Source of the DNA: Mobula birostris
Taxonomy: Eukaryota
Reading direction: 5' to 3'
Assembly (NCBI RefSeq): GCF_030028105.1
Contig: NC_092370.1
Coordinates: 40,310,643 to 40,374,642 of the forward strand
Length of the DNA stretch: 64,000 bases
Shown here piece after piece: positions 24,778-37,177 of this stretch (its first letter is position 1; every line of letters begins with the position of its first letter). Under the pieces are notes generated by a model. It was not told the DNA's origin. It was given only the letters and a program-made list of their open reading frames with translations, and ran no database searches. The translations under genes were made by a program, and so were the position numbers.

Positions 24778-26065
24778 ATAGAAACATAGAAAACCTACAG
24801 CACAATACAGGCCCTTCAGTCCACAAAGCTGTGCCGAACATGTCCTTACCTTAGAAATTACCGAGGGTTACCCATAGCCCTCTAATTTTCTAAGCTCCAT
24901 GTACCTGTCCAGGTGTCTCGTAAAAGTCCCTATCGTATCTGCCTTCACCACTGTCGCTGGCAGCCCATTCCACGCACTCACCACTCTCAGTGTAAAAAAA
25001 CTTACCCCTGACATCTCCTCTGTACCTACTTCTAAGCACCTTGAAACTGTGCCCTCTCGTGCTAACCATTTCAGCCCCGGGAAAAAGCCTCTGACTATCC
25101 ACATGATCAATGCCTCTCATCATCTTGTACACCTCTATCAGGTCGCCTCCGTCGCTCCAAGGAGAAAAGGCTGGGTTCACTTAACCTAATCTCATAAGAC
25201 ATGCTCCCCAATCTAGGCAAAATCTTTGTAAATCTCCTCTGCACCCTTTCTATGGTTTCCACATCCTTCCTGTGGTGAGGCGACCAGAACTGAGCACAGT
25301 ACTCCAAGTGGGGTCTGACCAGGGTCCTATATAGCTGCAACATTACCTCTTGTCTCCTAAAGTCAAGCCCATGATTAATGAAGGCCAATGCACCATATGC
25401 CTTCTTAACCACAGAGTCAACCTGCACAGCAGCTTTGAGTGTCCTATGGACTCGGACCCCAAGATCCCTCTGAGCCTCCACACTGCCAAGAGTCTTACCA
25501 TTAATACAATATTCTGCTATCATATTTGACCTACCAAAATGAACCACTTCACACTTATCTGGGTTAACTCTATCTGCCATTTCTCAGCCCAGTTATGCAT
25601 CTTATCAATGTCCTGTTGTAACCTCTGACAGCCCTCCACACTATCCACAACACCCCCAACCTTGGTGTCATCAGAAAATTTACTAACCCATCCCTCTACT
25701 TCCTCATCCAGGTCATTTATAAAAATCACGAAGAATAGGAGTCCCAGAATAGATCCCTGAGGCACACCACTGGTCACTGACATCCATGCAGAAAATTACC
25801 TCTCTGCAACCACTCTTCGCCTTCCGTGGGCAAGCCAGTTCTGGATCCACAAAGCAGTGTCCCCTTGCATCCCATGCCTCCTTACTTTCTCAATAAGCCT
25901 GGCATGGGGTACCTTATCAAATGCCTTGCTGAAATGCATATACACTACGTCTACTGCTCTACCTTCATCAATGTTCAATCTACCTTCAAAATTCAATCAA
26001 GCTTTTAAGGCACGACCTGCCTTTGACAAAGCCATGCTGACTGTTCCTAATCATATTATGCCTCA
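24778..26065 (-). mobile_element. CR1 LINE, RT domain to 3' end, disrupted
   Basis: VYMHFSKAFDKVPH, SGVPQGSILG, SKFSDDTK and LVRPHLEYCAQFWSP across frameshifts. Confidence 0.92.
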
Positions 26066-26169
26066 GATGAAGAATGAAAATGTATTTCAAATTACTCCAT
26101 GCCATTTTTTTGAAAGTGTTTCAAATGTTGAGACACACACCCAATATTTTAGGAACAGCTTCTTTATTT

Positions 26170-26432
26170 TATTTCAGTCTGTCTGTCTATCTATCTATTT
26201 GGAGGTACATCGCTTTGAGGCACACTGCCCAGAAAACACCCCCCTCCCATTTAGCCCTAGCCTAATCACAGGACAATTTACAATGGCCAATTAACCTACT
26301 GAGCAGTATGGTTTTGGACTGTGGGAAGAAACCAGAGCACCAGGAGAAAACCCACACGTTCCAGAGGGAAGACGTACAAACTTCTTACAGAGGATGCTGG
26401 GATTGAACTCTTCTGCCCTGAGCTGTATACCA
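26170..26432 (-). mobile_element. V-SINE
   Basis: Reverse complement of the V-domain (ttggactgtgggaagaaaccagagcacc); same subfamily as 44968-45254. Confidence 0.75.
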
Positions 26433-26819
26433 TTAGAATTGTGAATGAGGTCTACCTCACTATTTCTCTTTTGCACTATTTATTTTTTTCTGTAACAGTA
26501 ATTAAAGTATTTTTTTACACCTTGTGGGGGACTGCCACAAAACAGGAAGTTTTGCAATATACAGTATGTCAAAGATTATAAACCTGGTTCTGATTTTTTT
26601 TTTTGTCATGGTGTCAAGGGACTCTGTTTGTGTAAAGCACAAGAATTTCAAAAGAAGGACCAGCAGAAAAGTGTTCTTGAATTTCTCTCTGTAAAGCACC
26701 ACAAAAATGATATGGTCACATTTCCCCAATGTATTTCAAGTTTTCAGTTGTTGCAGTGTAATACTGAAGATACTATCTTTCTAGATAGCTGTTAAAGAAA
26801 CATGATTTTTTGCAATTGA

Positions 26820-29800
26820 GACTATAAGATATAGGGAGGGACGTAGGCCTTTCGGCCCATCAAGTCTGCTCTGCCATTCAAGCATAGGCTGATTGAATTC
26901 TTCCAGTTATCCCCACTCCCCTACCTTTTCCCTACTCCCTTTGATGCACTGGCTAATCAAGAACCTATCTATCTCTGCCTTAAATGCACCCAATGACTTG
27001 GCCTCCACAACCACTTGTGGCAACAAATTTCACAGATTTACCACCCTCTGACTAAAGTAATTTCTCTGCATCTCTGTTCTAAGTGGACGTCCTTCAATCC
27101 TGAAGTCAAGTCCTCTTGTCCTAGACTCCCCTACCATGGGAAATAACTTTGCCATATCTAGTCTGTTCAGGCCTTTTAACATTCAGAATGCTTCTATGAG
27201 ATCCCCTCTCATTCTCCTGAACTCCAGGGAATACAGCCCAAGAGCTGCCAGACGTCCCTCATATGGTAACCCTTTCATTCCTGGAATCATCTTGTGAATC
27301 TCTGAACCCTCTCCAATGTCAGTATATCCTTTCTAAAATAAGGAGCCCAAAACTGCACAAAATACTCCCAAGTGTGGTCTCACAAGTGCCTTATAGAGCC
27401 TCAACATCACATCCCTGCTCTTATATTCTATACCTCTAGAAATGAATGCCAATGTTGCATTCACGTTCTTCACCACCAACTCAACCTGGAAGTTAACCTT
27501 TAGAGTATCCTGCACAAGGACTCCCGAGTCCTTTTGCATCTCTGCACTTTGCATTCTCTCCCCATCTAAATAATAGTCTGCCCGTTTATTTCTTCCACCA
27601 AAGTGCATCACCATACACTTTCCAACATTGTATTTCATTTGCCACTTCTTTGACGATTCCCCTAAACTATCTAAGTCTCTCTGCAGGCTGTCTGTTTCCT
27701 CAACACTACCCATTTCTCCATCTATCTTTGAATCATCGGCAAATTTAGCCACAAATCCATTAACCCCATAGTCCAAATCATTGACATAAATGGTAAAAAG
27801 TGGCGGTCCCAACACCGACCCCTGTGGAACTCCACTGGTAACCAGCAGCCAGTTGGAATAGGATCCCTTTATTCCCACTCTCTGTTTTGTGCCAACCAGC
27901 CAATGCTCCACCCATGCTAATAACTCCCCTGTAATTCCATGGGCTTTTATCTTGCTAAGCAGCCTCACGTGTGGCACCTTGTCAAACGCCTTCTGAAAAT
28001 CCAAGTACATCACATCTACTGCATCTCCTTTGTCTAGCCTGCTTGTAATTTCCTCAAAAAATTGCAGTAGGTTAGTCAGGCAGGATTTTCCTTTCAGGAA
28101 ATCATGTTGGCTTTAGCTTATCTTGTCATGAGCCTCCTGGTATTTTGTAATTTCATCCCTAACAATGGATCCCAACAACTTTCCAACCACTGATGTCAAG
28201 CTAACAGGTCTATAGTTTCCTTTCTGCTGCCTCCCACCCTTCTTAAATAGCAGAGTAACATTTGCAATTTTTCAGTCATCTAGTACAATGCCAGAATCTA
28301 TCAATTCTTGAAAGATCATTGTTAATGCCTCCGTAATCTCTCTCCAGCTGCTTCCTTCAGAACCCGAGGGTGCATTCCATGAGGTTCAGGAGATTTATCC
28401 ACCCTCAGACCAGTAAGCTTTCTGAGCAGTTTCTCAGTCATAACTTTCACTGCACATACTTCGCTTCCCTGACACTCTTGAATGTCTGGTATACTGCAGA
28501 TGTCTTCTACTGTGAAGACTGATGCAAAATACACATTCAGTTCCTCTGCAATCTCTGCGTCTCACACTACAATATCTCCAGCATCATTTTCTATTGGTCC
28601 TATATGTACCCTCAACTCTCGTTTACCCTTTTTATACTTAGAAAAGCTTTTATTATCTTCTTTGATATTAGTCGCCAGCTTCCTTTCATAATTCGTCTTT
28701 TCCTTCCTATTGACCTTCTTAGTTTCCTTTTGCAAGTTTTTAAAAGTTTCTCAATCCTTTATTTTCCCACTAGCTTTGGATTCCTTGTATGCCCTCTCTT
28801 TTGCTTTTACTTTGGCTCTGACTTCACTTGTCAGCCATGGTCGTGTCCTTCTTCCATTTAAAAATTTCTTCTTAATTGGAATATATCTGTCTTGCAGTTC
28901 CCTCATTTTTCGCAGAAACTCCAGCCATTGCTGCTCTGCTGTCCTTCCTGCTAGTGTCTCTTTCCAGTCAATCTTGGCCAGTTCCCCTCTCATGCCATTG
29001 TAATTTCCTTTATTAATGCCGACACATTGGAACTTAGTTTCTCCTTAAATTTCAAAGTGAACTCGATCATATTGAGATCACTGTTCCCTAAGCTTAAGCT
29101 CTTAACCTTAAACTCTCTTATCAGCTCCAGATCATTGCACAACACCCAATCCAGCACAGCCAATTCCCTAGTGGGCTCAACAACAAGCTGTTCTAAAAAG
29201 CCATCCCTTGGACATTCTATAAATTCTCTTACTTGCGGTCCAGTACTGGCCTGGTTTTCCCAATCCACTTTCATGTTAAAATCCCCAACGATTATCATGA
29301 CATTGACCTTCTGACACGCCTTTTTTATCTCATGCTTTTATTTGTAATCCACATCCTGGCTGCTGTTTGGAGGCCTGTATACAACTGCTATTAGGGTCCT
29401 TTTACCCTTGCCCTTTCTTAACTCAACCCATAGACACTTTACAACTTCTGATCCTATGTCAACCCTTTCTAATGATTTAATATTATTTCTTATACACAGG
29501 GCCACCCCCCCCCCTCCCTCCGCCACCTACTAACCTATCTTTCTGATACACTGTATATCCTTGGACGTTCAGCTCCCAATGGCAGCCATCCTTTAGCCAA
29601 GTTTCAGAGATGGCCACAACGTCATACTTGCCAATCTGTAGCTGAATTTCAAGATCGTCCATTTTATTTCTTGTGCTGCGTGCATTCAAATACAACTCTT
29701 TCAGTCCAGCAATTGTTGCTTTCTGTTTTAACTGCACCACGCCTCTATTGCCCTGTAACTCATCCCACATGCTGTGATTATGCTTCAACTCCTGCCTGTC

Positions 29801-29865
29801 CTTTCTATCATCTCTGTTGCACACTATCTTTGATTTACTTCTGTTTTCCTCTTCCTCAGCCCTGT
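26820..29865 (-). mobile_element. CR1 LINE with near-complete but disrupted ORF2 (APE endonuclease + RT)
   Basis: LYLNARS..VVAISETWL, GGGVAL, VYRPP, IVGDFN, SDLNMI, YLDFQKAFDKVPH, GVPQGSVLGP, FADDSK. Confidence 0.95.
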
Positions 29866-30298
29866 GTTATCATACCACCTGATTTTTTCCTGTGGTAGTT
29901 CTGCCTGCTCCTGTGGACTGAAGGTAAGGTAGATGAATGTGGTGTTTGGGTGACCACTAATCTCGACGTGAGCAGATAATTGACAGTAATGACAGAAGTC
30001 AGCAGCAGTGGCTGGAATGATCTGATAGCGAGCAGTAGGCAGTGATCCTGACCTCAATCTCCATGGGTAAAGAATTCCAAGAGGAAATGGAGTTAATATA
30101 AGTAAATTTTTCCAGGAAGTGAGGTTGAAGAATTTATAAGTAACACTGTTGTTAGAGAGTTTTATGCTAGGAAGAGTGAAGAGCTATGGAAAAGTAAAAT
30201 CAGACTGTAGTTGGTAATAGCTTTTCAGTGAGTGCTAAGGCACTCAGAAATGTTTTGGAGATGAGTGGGTAGATTTTTTAGCCCTTTTTTTTGAATTC

Positions 30299-30695
30299 CA
30301 AACAAGATAAAATCTGCAGATGCTGGAAGTCGAAGCAACACACACAAAATACTGTAGGAACTCAGCAGGCCAGGCAGCATCTGTGGAAAAAAGTCAATGT
30401 TTTGGGCAGTGACCCTTCATCAGGACTGGAGAAAAAAACCTGAGAAGTGGATATAAAAGGTTGGGGGGCGGGGGTGGAGTCTCGTTGACTTAATCCATTT
30501 TGCCTCCAGCTTCCACCTTGCCCTCAAATTTATCTGCTCCATTTCCAACACCTCCCTCCCCTTTCTCAATCTCTCTATCACTATCTCTGGAGACAGCTTA
30601 TCTACTGATGTCTATTACAAACCCATGGACTCTCATAGATACCTGGACTATACCTCCTCCCACCCTATTACTTGTAAAAACTCCATTCCCTCCAT
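30299..30695. mobile_element. PLE remnant: inverted pLTR (hammerhead 30392-30427) plus RT fragment
   Basis: + strand FASSFHLALKF..LPFLNL..STDVYYKPMDSHRYLDYTSSHP. Confidence 0.8.
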
Positions 30696-30856
30696 CCCCA
30701 GTGGCTGTTCTGTAAGCGAAAACATCTTGTTAAATCCACTCGCTGGATGTTTTTTTTGTTTTTGGCACCATTCTTTGTAAACTCCAAAGTCTGTTGTGCA
30801 TAAAAATCCCAGGAGATCAGCAGTTTCTGAGATACTCAAATCACCCTGGGTGGCAC
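30696..30856 (-). mobile_element. Tc1/mariner-derived fragment
   Basis: SISETADLLGFLCTTDFGVYKEWCQKQK resembles a Tc1 transposase N-terminal HTH. Confidence 0.7.
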
Positions 30857-30949
30857 TTAATTAATTAGCTTGTTTATTTCGGCTTTTTTCTTAAAGAGGT
30901 GTTGGACGTGCTCCGGCTAGCACTGCACCACTGTATGGAGGCACGTTAT

Positions 30950-32152
30950 ATAATAGGTCAAAGTCAGCATGGTTTCCTTCAAGGAAAGTCTTGCCTGAAA
31001 AATCTGTTGAATTCTTTGAGGAAATAACAAGCAGGGTAGACAAACAGTCACTGGATGTTGTTTATTTGGATTTTCAGAAGGTCTTTGACAAGGAGCTGCT
31101 TAACAAAATAAGAGCCAATTATAGGAAAGTTACTAGAATGGATAGACGATTGGCTAACTTGCTGGAGGCAAAAAGGGGGCCTTTTCAGGTTGGCTGCCAG
31201 TGGCTAGAGGTGTGTTGCAGGGGTTGGTATTGATGGCTTTGTGGCCAAGTTTGAGGGCGATACAAAGATTGATGGATGGGTAGGTAGTGTTGGGGAAGCA
31301 GAGTGTCTGCAGAAAGATTTGGAGAGATTGGGGGAATGGGCAAAAAAAGTGATAGATGGAATATAATGTAGGCCATGTACTTTACCAGAAGGAATAAAAG
31401 TGTGAACTATTATTTAAATGGAGAGAAAATTCAAAGATCAGAAGTGCAGAGGGACTTGGAAGTCCTCATGCAGGATTCCCTAAAGGTTAGTTTGCAGGTT
31501 GAGTCAATGGTAAGGAAGGCAAATGCAATATTAGCATTCATTTTGAGAGGACTAGAATACAAAGCAAGGATGTAGTGCTGAGGCTTTAGAAGGCATTGGT
31601 CAGACTGCACTTAGAGTATGATGAGCAGCTTTAGGTCCCTTATGTAAGAAAGGATGTGTGGGCATTGGAGAGAGTTCAAAGAAGTTTCACGAGAATTCCG
31701 GGAATGAAAGTGTTAACCTTTGAGGAGTGTTTTCTGGCTCTGGGCCAGTGCTTGCTGGAGTTTAGAAGAATGAGAGGGAGGTCCCTGTCAAATATTGAAA
31801 GGTCCAGATAGAGTATATGTGGAGAGGATGTTTCCTGTAGTGGGAAGTCTAGGACCAGAGGGCACAGCTTCAAAACTGAGGAATGTCTGTTTAGAACAGA
31901 GATTAGGAAAATTTTCTTTAGGCAGGGGATGGTGAATCTGTGGAATTCTTTGTCACAGTTGTGCAGGCCAAGTCATTGGGTGTATTTATGGCAGAGGTTG
32001 ATAGGTTCTTGATTAATTAGGGCATCGAAGGTTACAGGGAGAAAGCAGGAAAATGGGGTTGAGAGGGATAATAAATCAGTCATGAAGGAATGGAGGAGTA
32101 GACTCGTTTGGCTGGGTGGCCTAATTCTGCTCCTGGGTCTTATTATCTTATG
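30950..32152 (+). mobile_element. CR1 LINE RT to 3' end, internally deleted
   Basis: EFFEEITSRVDK..VVYLDFQKVFDK, KANAILAFILRGLEYK; tail ggcctaattctgctcc..tcttat. Confidence 0.88.
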
Positions 32153-32194
32153 CAAACTTGATCAGTAATTGATGAAAGTGGCTACCTAAGTATT

Positions 32195-32582
32195 GCAAAC
32201 ATGAGAAAATCTGCTGATGCTGGATATCCAGGACAACACAAGAATGCTGGAAGAACTTAGCAGGTCAGGCAGCATCTATGGAAAGGAGTAAGCAGTCAAT
32301 ATTTCTGGCTGACACCCTTCATCAGGACTGGAAAAAAAAGATGAGAAGTCAGAGTAAGAAGGTGGGGGGAGGAAGGTGTGCAAGGTGGTAGGTAATTTAT
32401 GAAACTGGGAGAGGTGGAGGGGGTGAAGTAAGAGCTGGGAAGTTAACTGGTGGAAGATATAAAAGGCTAGAGGAAACAGAAGGAGAAGGAGCACCAGAAG
32501 TGCGTGGTGGGTAGGTGTGGAAACGGTGATGACTCAACAGACTCGCAGATGAAGTGTCGCCTCACCTGGAAGGATTGTCTGG
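32195..32582 (-). mobile_element. PLE pLTR (hammerhead 32294-32329) plus endonuclease fragment
   Basis: RQSFQVRRHFICES matches the 6901 region; CTGATGA core on the minus strand. Confidence 0.8.
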
Positions 32583-32598
32583 CGGATGGAACTTTGTA

Positions 32599-33245
32599 TT
32601 CAAAGTTCAAAGTACATTTATTATCAAAGTACATACCTACATACACAAGCCTGAGATCATTTTCCAGTGGGCATTCACAATAAATAGAAAAACACAATAG
32701 AATCAATAAAAGACTGCATCCAATAGGATGGACAAACAACCAGTGTGCAAACAACAACAAATAATGCAAATAAAAAAAGAAAAAAATACTTAATAACAAA
32801 TAAGTAAACAATAATTATCGAGAACACAAGATGAAAAGTCCTTGAAAGTGAGTCCATAGGTTTTGGGAATATTTCAATGATGGGGCAAGTGAAGCTATTC
32901 CCTCTGGTTCAAGAGCCTGATAGTTGAGGGGTAATAACTGTTCCTAAACCTGGTGGGCTGGGTACTGAGGCTCTTGTACCACCTTCCTCATGGCAGCAGT
33001 GAGAAGAGAGCATGGCCTGGGTGGTGGGGGCCTTGATGAGGGATGCGCATCTACGTGTAGATGTGCTCAATAGTGGAGAGGGCTTTACTCATGATGGACT
33101 GGGCAGTATCCACTATACTTTGTAGGCTTTTCCATTCAAGGGCCTTGGTGTTTCCATACCAGGTCGTGATGCATCCAGTCTATGTATGCTCTACCACTCA
33201 TCTATAGAAGTTTGTCAAAGTTTTAGATGATATGCCGAATCTGTG
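32599..33245 (-). mobile_element. Rex1/Babar-like LINE 3' fragment
   Basis: Collinear with 39345-39960; TTTGAAC tail. Confidence 0.8.
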
Positions 33246-34888
33246 TCTTCATAATGTTAAAGAAATCATCAGATTCACCATGTTTCTATAAATTAATATC
33301 TCTGGATCAGCAAGCAAATATCAGTCCTGAAATACAATTTTTTTTTCTTGTAATTATCTGAAGTAACCCATGATCACTTCTAATGATTTCCACTTGTCCT
33401 GATACATCCTATTGTAATCAGAAATGGAAAGAGATCAGGAAATAGTATGTAATTGTGTTTAGATAGGTGGCAGATAATGATGTTCTGAGCACTTAGCATC
33501 TTGAACCCGTAGCTATGAGAGGTTTCAAGAATGGCTGTAGTATTTTTCATTTATTTGAAAAATATTATTGTGGCATGTTCTTTAATGCTATTGACCATGA
33601 TAATAGAACCCATATTTTAAAAGGCATTGATATACTTTACAAACATGCTAAATCTCGGAACACTGAAATTTAATATTTGCAAATGGACAAACACTATGCG
33701 TAAATGAGGAAGCTTTGCACAATAACATCTACTACAAAGGACACCCTGATGGCACTAAGCTTTTTCTGATCATTTGATTATCAGAAGAGCCTGCTGAAGC
33801 CACAGAAGTGCTGTTTAAATGTTGCTTTGTGCCATTTTTACTATACATTGATACTTAAGGTTATGATGGTAGATCAAGAGAACATCACCGTAGTGTTTTC
33901 TTTCTGTGTGCAGAAGATCCCTTGCAGTGGTTGTGCTACTGACTCTTAATTCCAAAGGATTTATGCCCAGTGATGTTCACCTTGCAATTCCTGGATCATC
34001 TGACTTTTTCATGTCAATTTGGAGTAGTCACCAATGTAAGTCTAGCTCATTTGCTGGCAAGCATAGAAGTTCAATGTAAACATTTAAGGGAAGATTAATT
34101 AGCAGCTGACCGGGAGAGAGATTGATGAGAAAAGAATGGAGCTCATTTAATTCTCCAATAAATTAATGTGTTTGATGACCACCCCGGTCAAAAAGGATAA
34201 TAAATTCTCCATGTCCAATAATTTCTTCCTTGCCTGCACTAGATGGATCAATCTATCACACCCTTAGGATACTTCTGTAACTGTTCCTTCACAAAAAGCT
34301 TTGGTTAAGGAGAATCTCAAAATGAGAAATTTCTGAATGGTACTCAGCTGCCACATACAGGTAGCTGCACAATCTTTGTTCAAAGCAGAGCACCAAATTG
34401 TACATCCTGCAGAATTCTGAATTTGCCTTTGACAGTGCTCCACAGAATGTGAGATTAAGGAGGACTCTTCTTTTGGTGCGGAAGATGGCATTTATGTGTA
34501 TGTCAACACGTACTGATGTCTTAACATCTGAGAAACAATGGCTAAATGTTAACTTCCAACCACACCTTCTCCTTAATCTTGAATAAGTAAGTCTCGCTTT
34601 GCACTTCTTTCCCATAGATCCAGGAAATAACAGGAAGCAGATAACGAAGAGGAGGATGGCACACTTTTGTCTTTTTGTCATCATAATCATGAGGAGGATG
34701 GGTTATATATGCTAGCAATGATTTTGGCTCCCAATGGTTACATCAGATTAGGACAGGGAGCTGACTCTGATTGTATAAAACCTGGGTGACCTTGGAAATA
34801 AACTGTAAACAAGGTTACCTGGTCAATTCATGAGTGGAGGGCATATAGAGAACAAGATCATAGACAAAAGAACCTTAAAAAGAAGAAG

Positions 34889-35555
34889 AGCAACATACAC
34901 ACAAAATGCCGGAGGAACTCAGCAGGCCAGGCAGCATCTATGGAAAAAAGTACAGTCACATTTCGGGCTGAAACCCTTCGGCAGGACTGGAGAAAAAAGA
35001 AGCTGAGGAGTAGATTTCAAAAGGTGGAGGAAGAGGAGAGAGAAACACAAGGTGATAGGTGAAACCAGGAGGGGGAAGGATGAAGTAAAGAGCTGGGAAC
35101 TTGATGGGTGAAGGAGACAGAAGACCATGGAAGAAAGAAGAAAGGAGGAGGAGCACGAGAGGGAGGTGATGGACAGGCAAGGAGATAAGGTGAGAGAGGG
35201 AGAAGGGGATGGGAAATGGTGAAAGGGAGGGGCCATTACCAGAAGTTTGAGAAATTCATGTTCATGTCATCACTACCCAAACGGAATATAAGGTGTTGTT
35301 CCTCCAACCTAAGTGTGGCCTTATCACGATAGTGGAGGAGGCCGCAGATGGACATACCGAAATGGAAATGTGAAGTGGAATTAAAATGGGTGGCCACTGG
35401 GAAATCCCGATTGTTCTGGTGGACGAAGTGTAGATGCTTGGCGAAGCAGTCTCCCAATCTACACTGGGTTTGACTGATTTACAGTAGGCCACACTGGGAG
35501 CACCAAACTCAGTAAATAACCCCAACAAAACTCACAAGTGAAGTGTTGCCTGGGG
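34889..35555 (-). mobile_element. PLE 3' fragment (GIY-YIG C-terminus, pLTR, hammerhead 34954-34988)
   Basis: GDCFAKHLH..PVATHFNS..LRLEEQHLIFRLGS..MNFSNF. Confidence 0.88.
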
Positions 35556-35574
35556 TCACTATCAGGGATGACGC

Positions 35575-36570
35575 CAGAATGGCTGGTTTCTGGGAGGAAT
35601 TCAGGAGGCACAGGATAGTTATGTACCAAGGATTAAGAACTATTCCAAAAGGAGTATGACGCAAGGGTGGCTGACAAGTGAAATCAAAGACAACACAAAA
35701 GCAAAAGACAGGGCATGTAATATAGCAAAAAATAGTGGGAAATTAAAAGATTGGGGGAGTTTTAAAAACCAACAGAAGGGAACTAAAAAATCCATAATGA
35801 GGAAACAATAGGCAGAATAGATAAAGGAGAATCAGTGGATATTGTTTACTGGATTTTGAGAAGGCCTTTGGTAAGCAACCAAACATGAAGCTGCTTAACA
35901 AGAGCTCATGGTATTACATAAAAGATACTAGCATGGATAGAGGATTGGCTGACTGGCAAGAGACAAAGAAGGGGTATAAATGGAGCCTTTTTTGTTGGCT
36001 GCAGATTACTAGTGGTGTTTCACAGGAGCCAGTGTTGGGACTGCTTCTTGTTATGCTGTATGTCAATGATTTGGATGAAACGTCGACCGATCATTTCCAC
36101 TGATGCTGCCCGACCTGCTGAGTTCCTCCAGCATGTTGTGAGTGTTGCTTTGACCCCAGCATCTGCAGATTATTTTGTGTTTGGATGAGAGAATTGGCTT
36201 TGTGGTCAATACTGTGGATGATGCAATGATAGGTGGAGGGGCAGGTAGTATTGAAGAAGCAGGGAATCTGCAGAAGGATACTTAGATTGGGAGAATGGGC
36301 AAAGAAGTGGCAGATGGATTGTAGTGTACGAAAGTGTATGGTCATGCACTTTGTTAGAAGGAATAAAGGTATAGACTATTTTCTAAATGGGGAGAAAATT
36401 AAAAAATCTGAGAGGCAATGGGACTTGGGAGTCCTTATGCAGGAGTCCCTAAAGGTTAACTTGCTGGTTGAGTTGGTAGCTGGTGGTAACAAAGGCAAAT
36501 GCAATGTTATCCTTCATTTTGAGAAGACTAAGAGCAAGGTTGGGATGGCCTTATTCTGCTCCTATGACTT
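35575..36570 (+). mobile_element. CR1 with internal deletions, interrupted by a PLE mini-insertion
   Basis: ITSGVSQEPVLGLLL..YVNDLD and WAKKWQM..KCMVMHF. Confidence 0.8.
36079..36179 (+). mobile_element. About 100-bp PLE terminal insertion with 9-bp TSD
   Basis: TTTGGATGA at 36070-36078 and 36180-36188; insert starts within GAAACGTCGAC. Confidence 0.8.
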
Positions 36571-37001
36571 ATTGAGTAAATAAAGTGGGGAACTCCGTCT
36601 CAAACTCTCTGAAGGTTTCCTGTATAGTTGAAAATACAGTCTAGAAATAGAACATCTAGTGGCAATGGATTGTTAATTAAATTGAAATATTTCATTATAC
36701 AATGTCCCTTTTTTTGTGACTAATGAAGTTAAAGATCTGATTCCTAGGTGCTCCCAGAGCAATCCTAACTATTTTTACATAGTGTATTGTAGTTTATATA
36801 AGGGACTTAACTCAAGTGTTTTGAAATAAAAAAATGAACTCTTATTTAAGATTTTTTAAAAGATTTATTCAAGGAAAGTAATATTACACATTAATCGTTT
36901 AATGGAAGGTTAGTGACTAAAGTAAGAAATTCTAATTCTCAAATCTTAAATGCACTAAAAACGTTGGCTGAAGTTAGATAAGTAAATGCTTTTTTGGGCA
37001 A

Positions 37002-37177
37002 GCAACACACACAAAATGCTAGAGGAACTCTGCAGGCCAGGCAGCATCTATAGAAAAAAGTACAGTTGATATAGTCGACTGTACTCTTTTCCATAGATGG
37101 TGCCTGGCCTGATGAGTTCCTCCAGCAATTTGTGTGTGTTACTTGGATTTCCAGCATCTGCAAATTTCTCTTCTTTG
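37002..37177. mobile_element. 176-bp fold-back PLE mini-element with 15-bp TSD
   Basis: About 70-bp inverted arms plus tail; flanked by TGCTTTT(T/G)TGGGCAA at 36987-37001 and 37178-37192. Confidence 0.85.
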
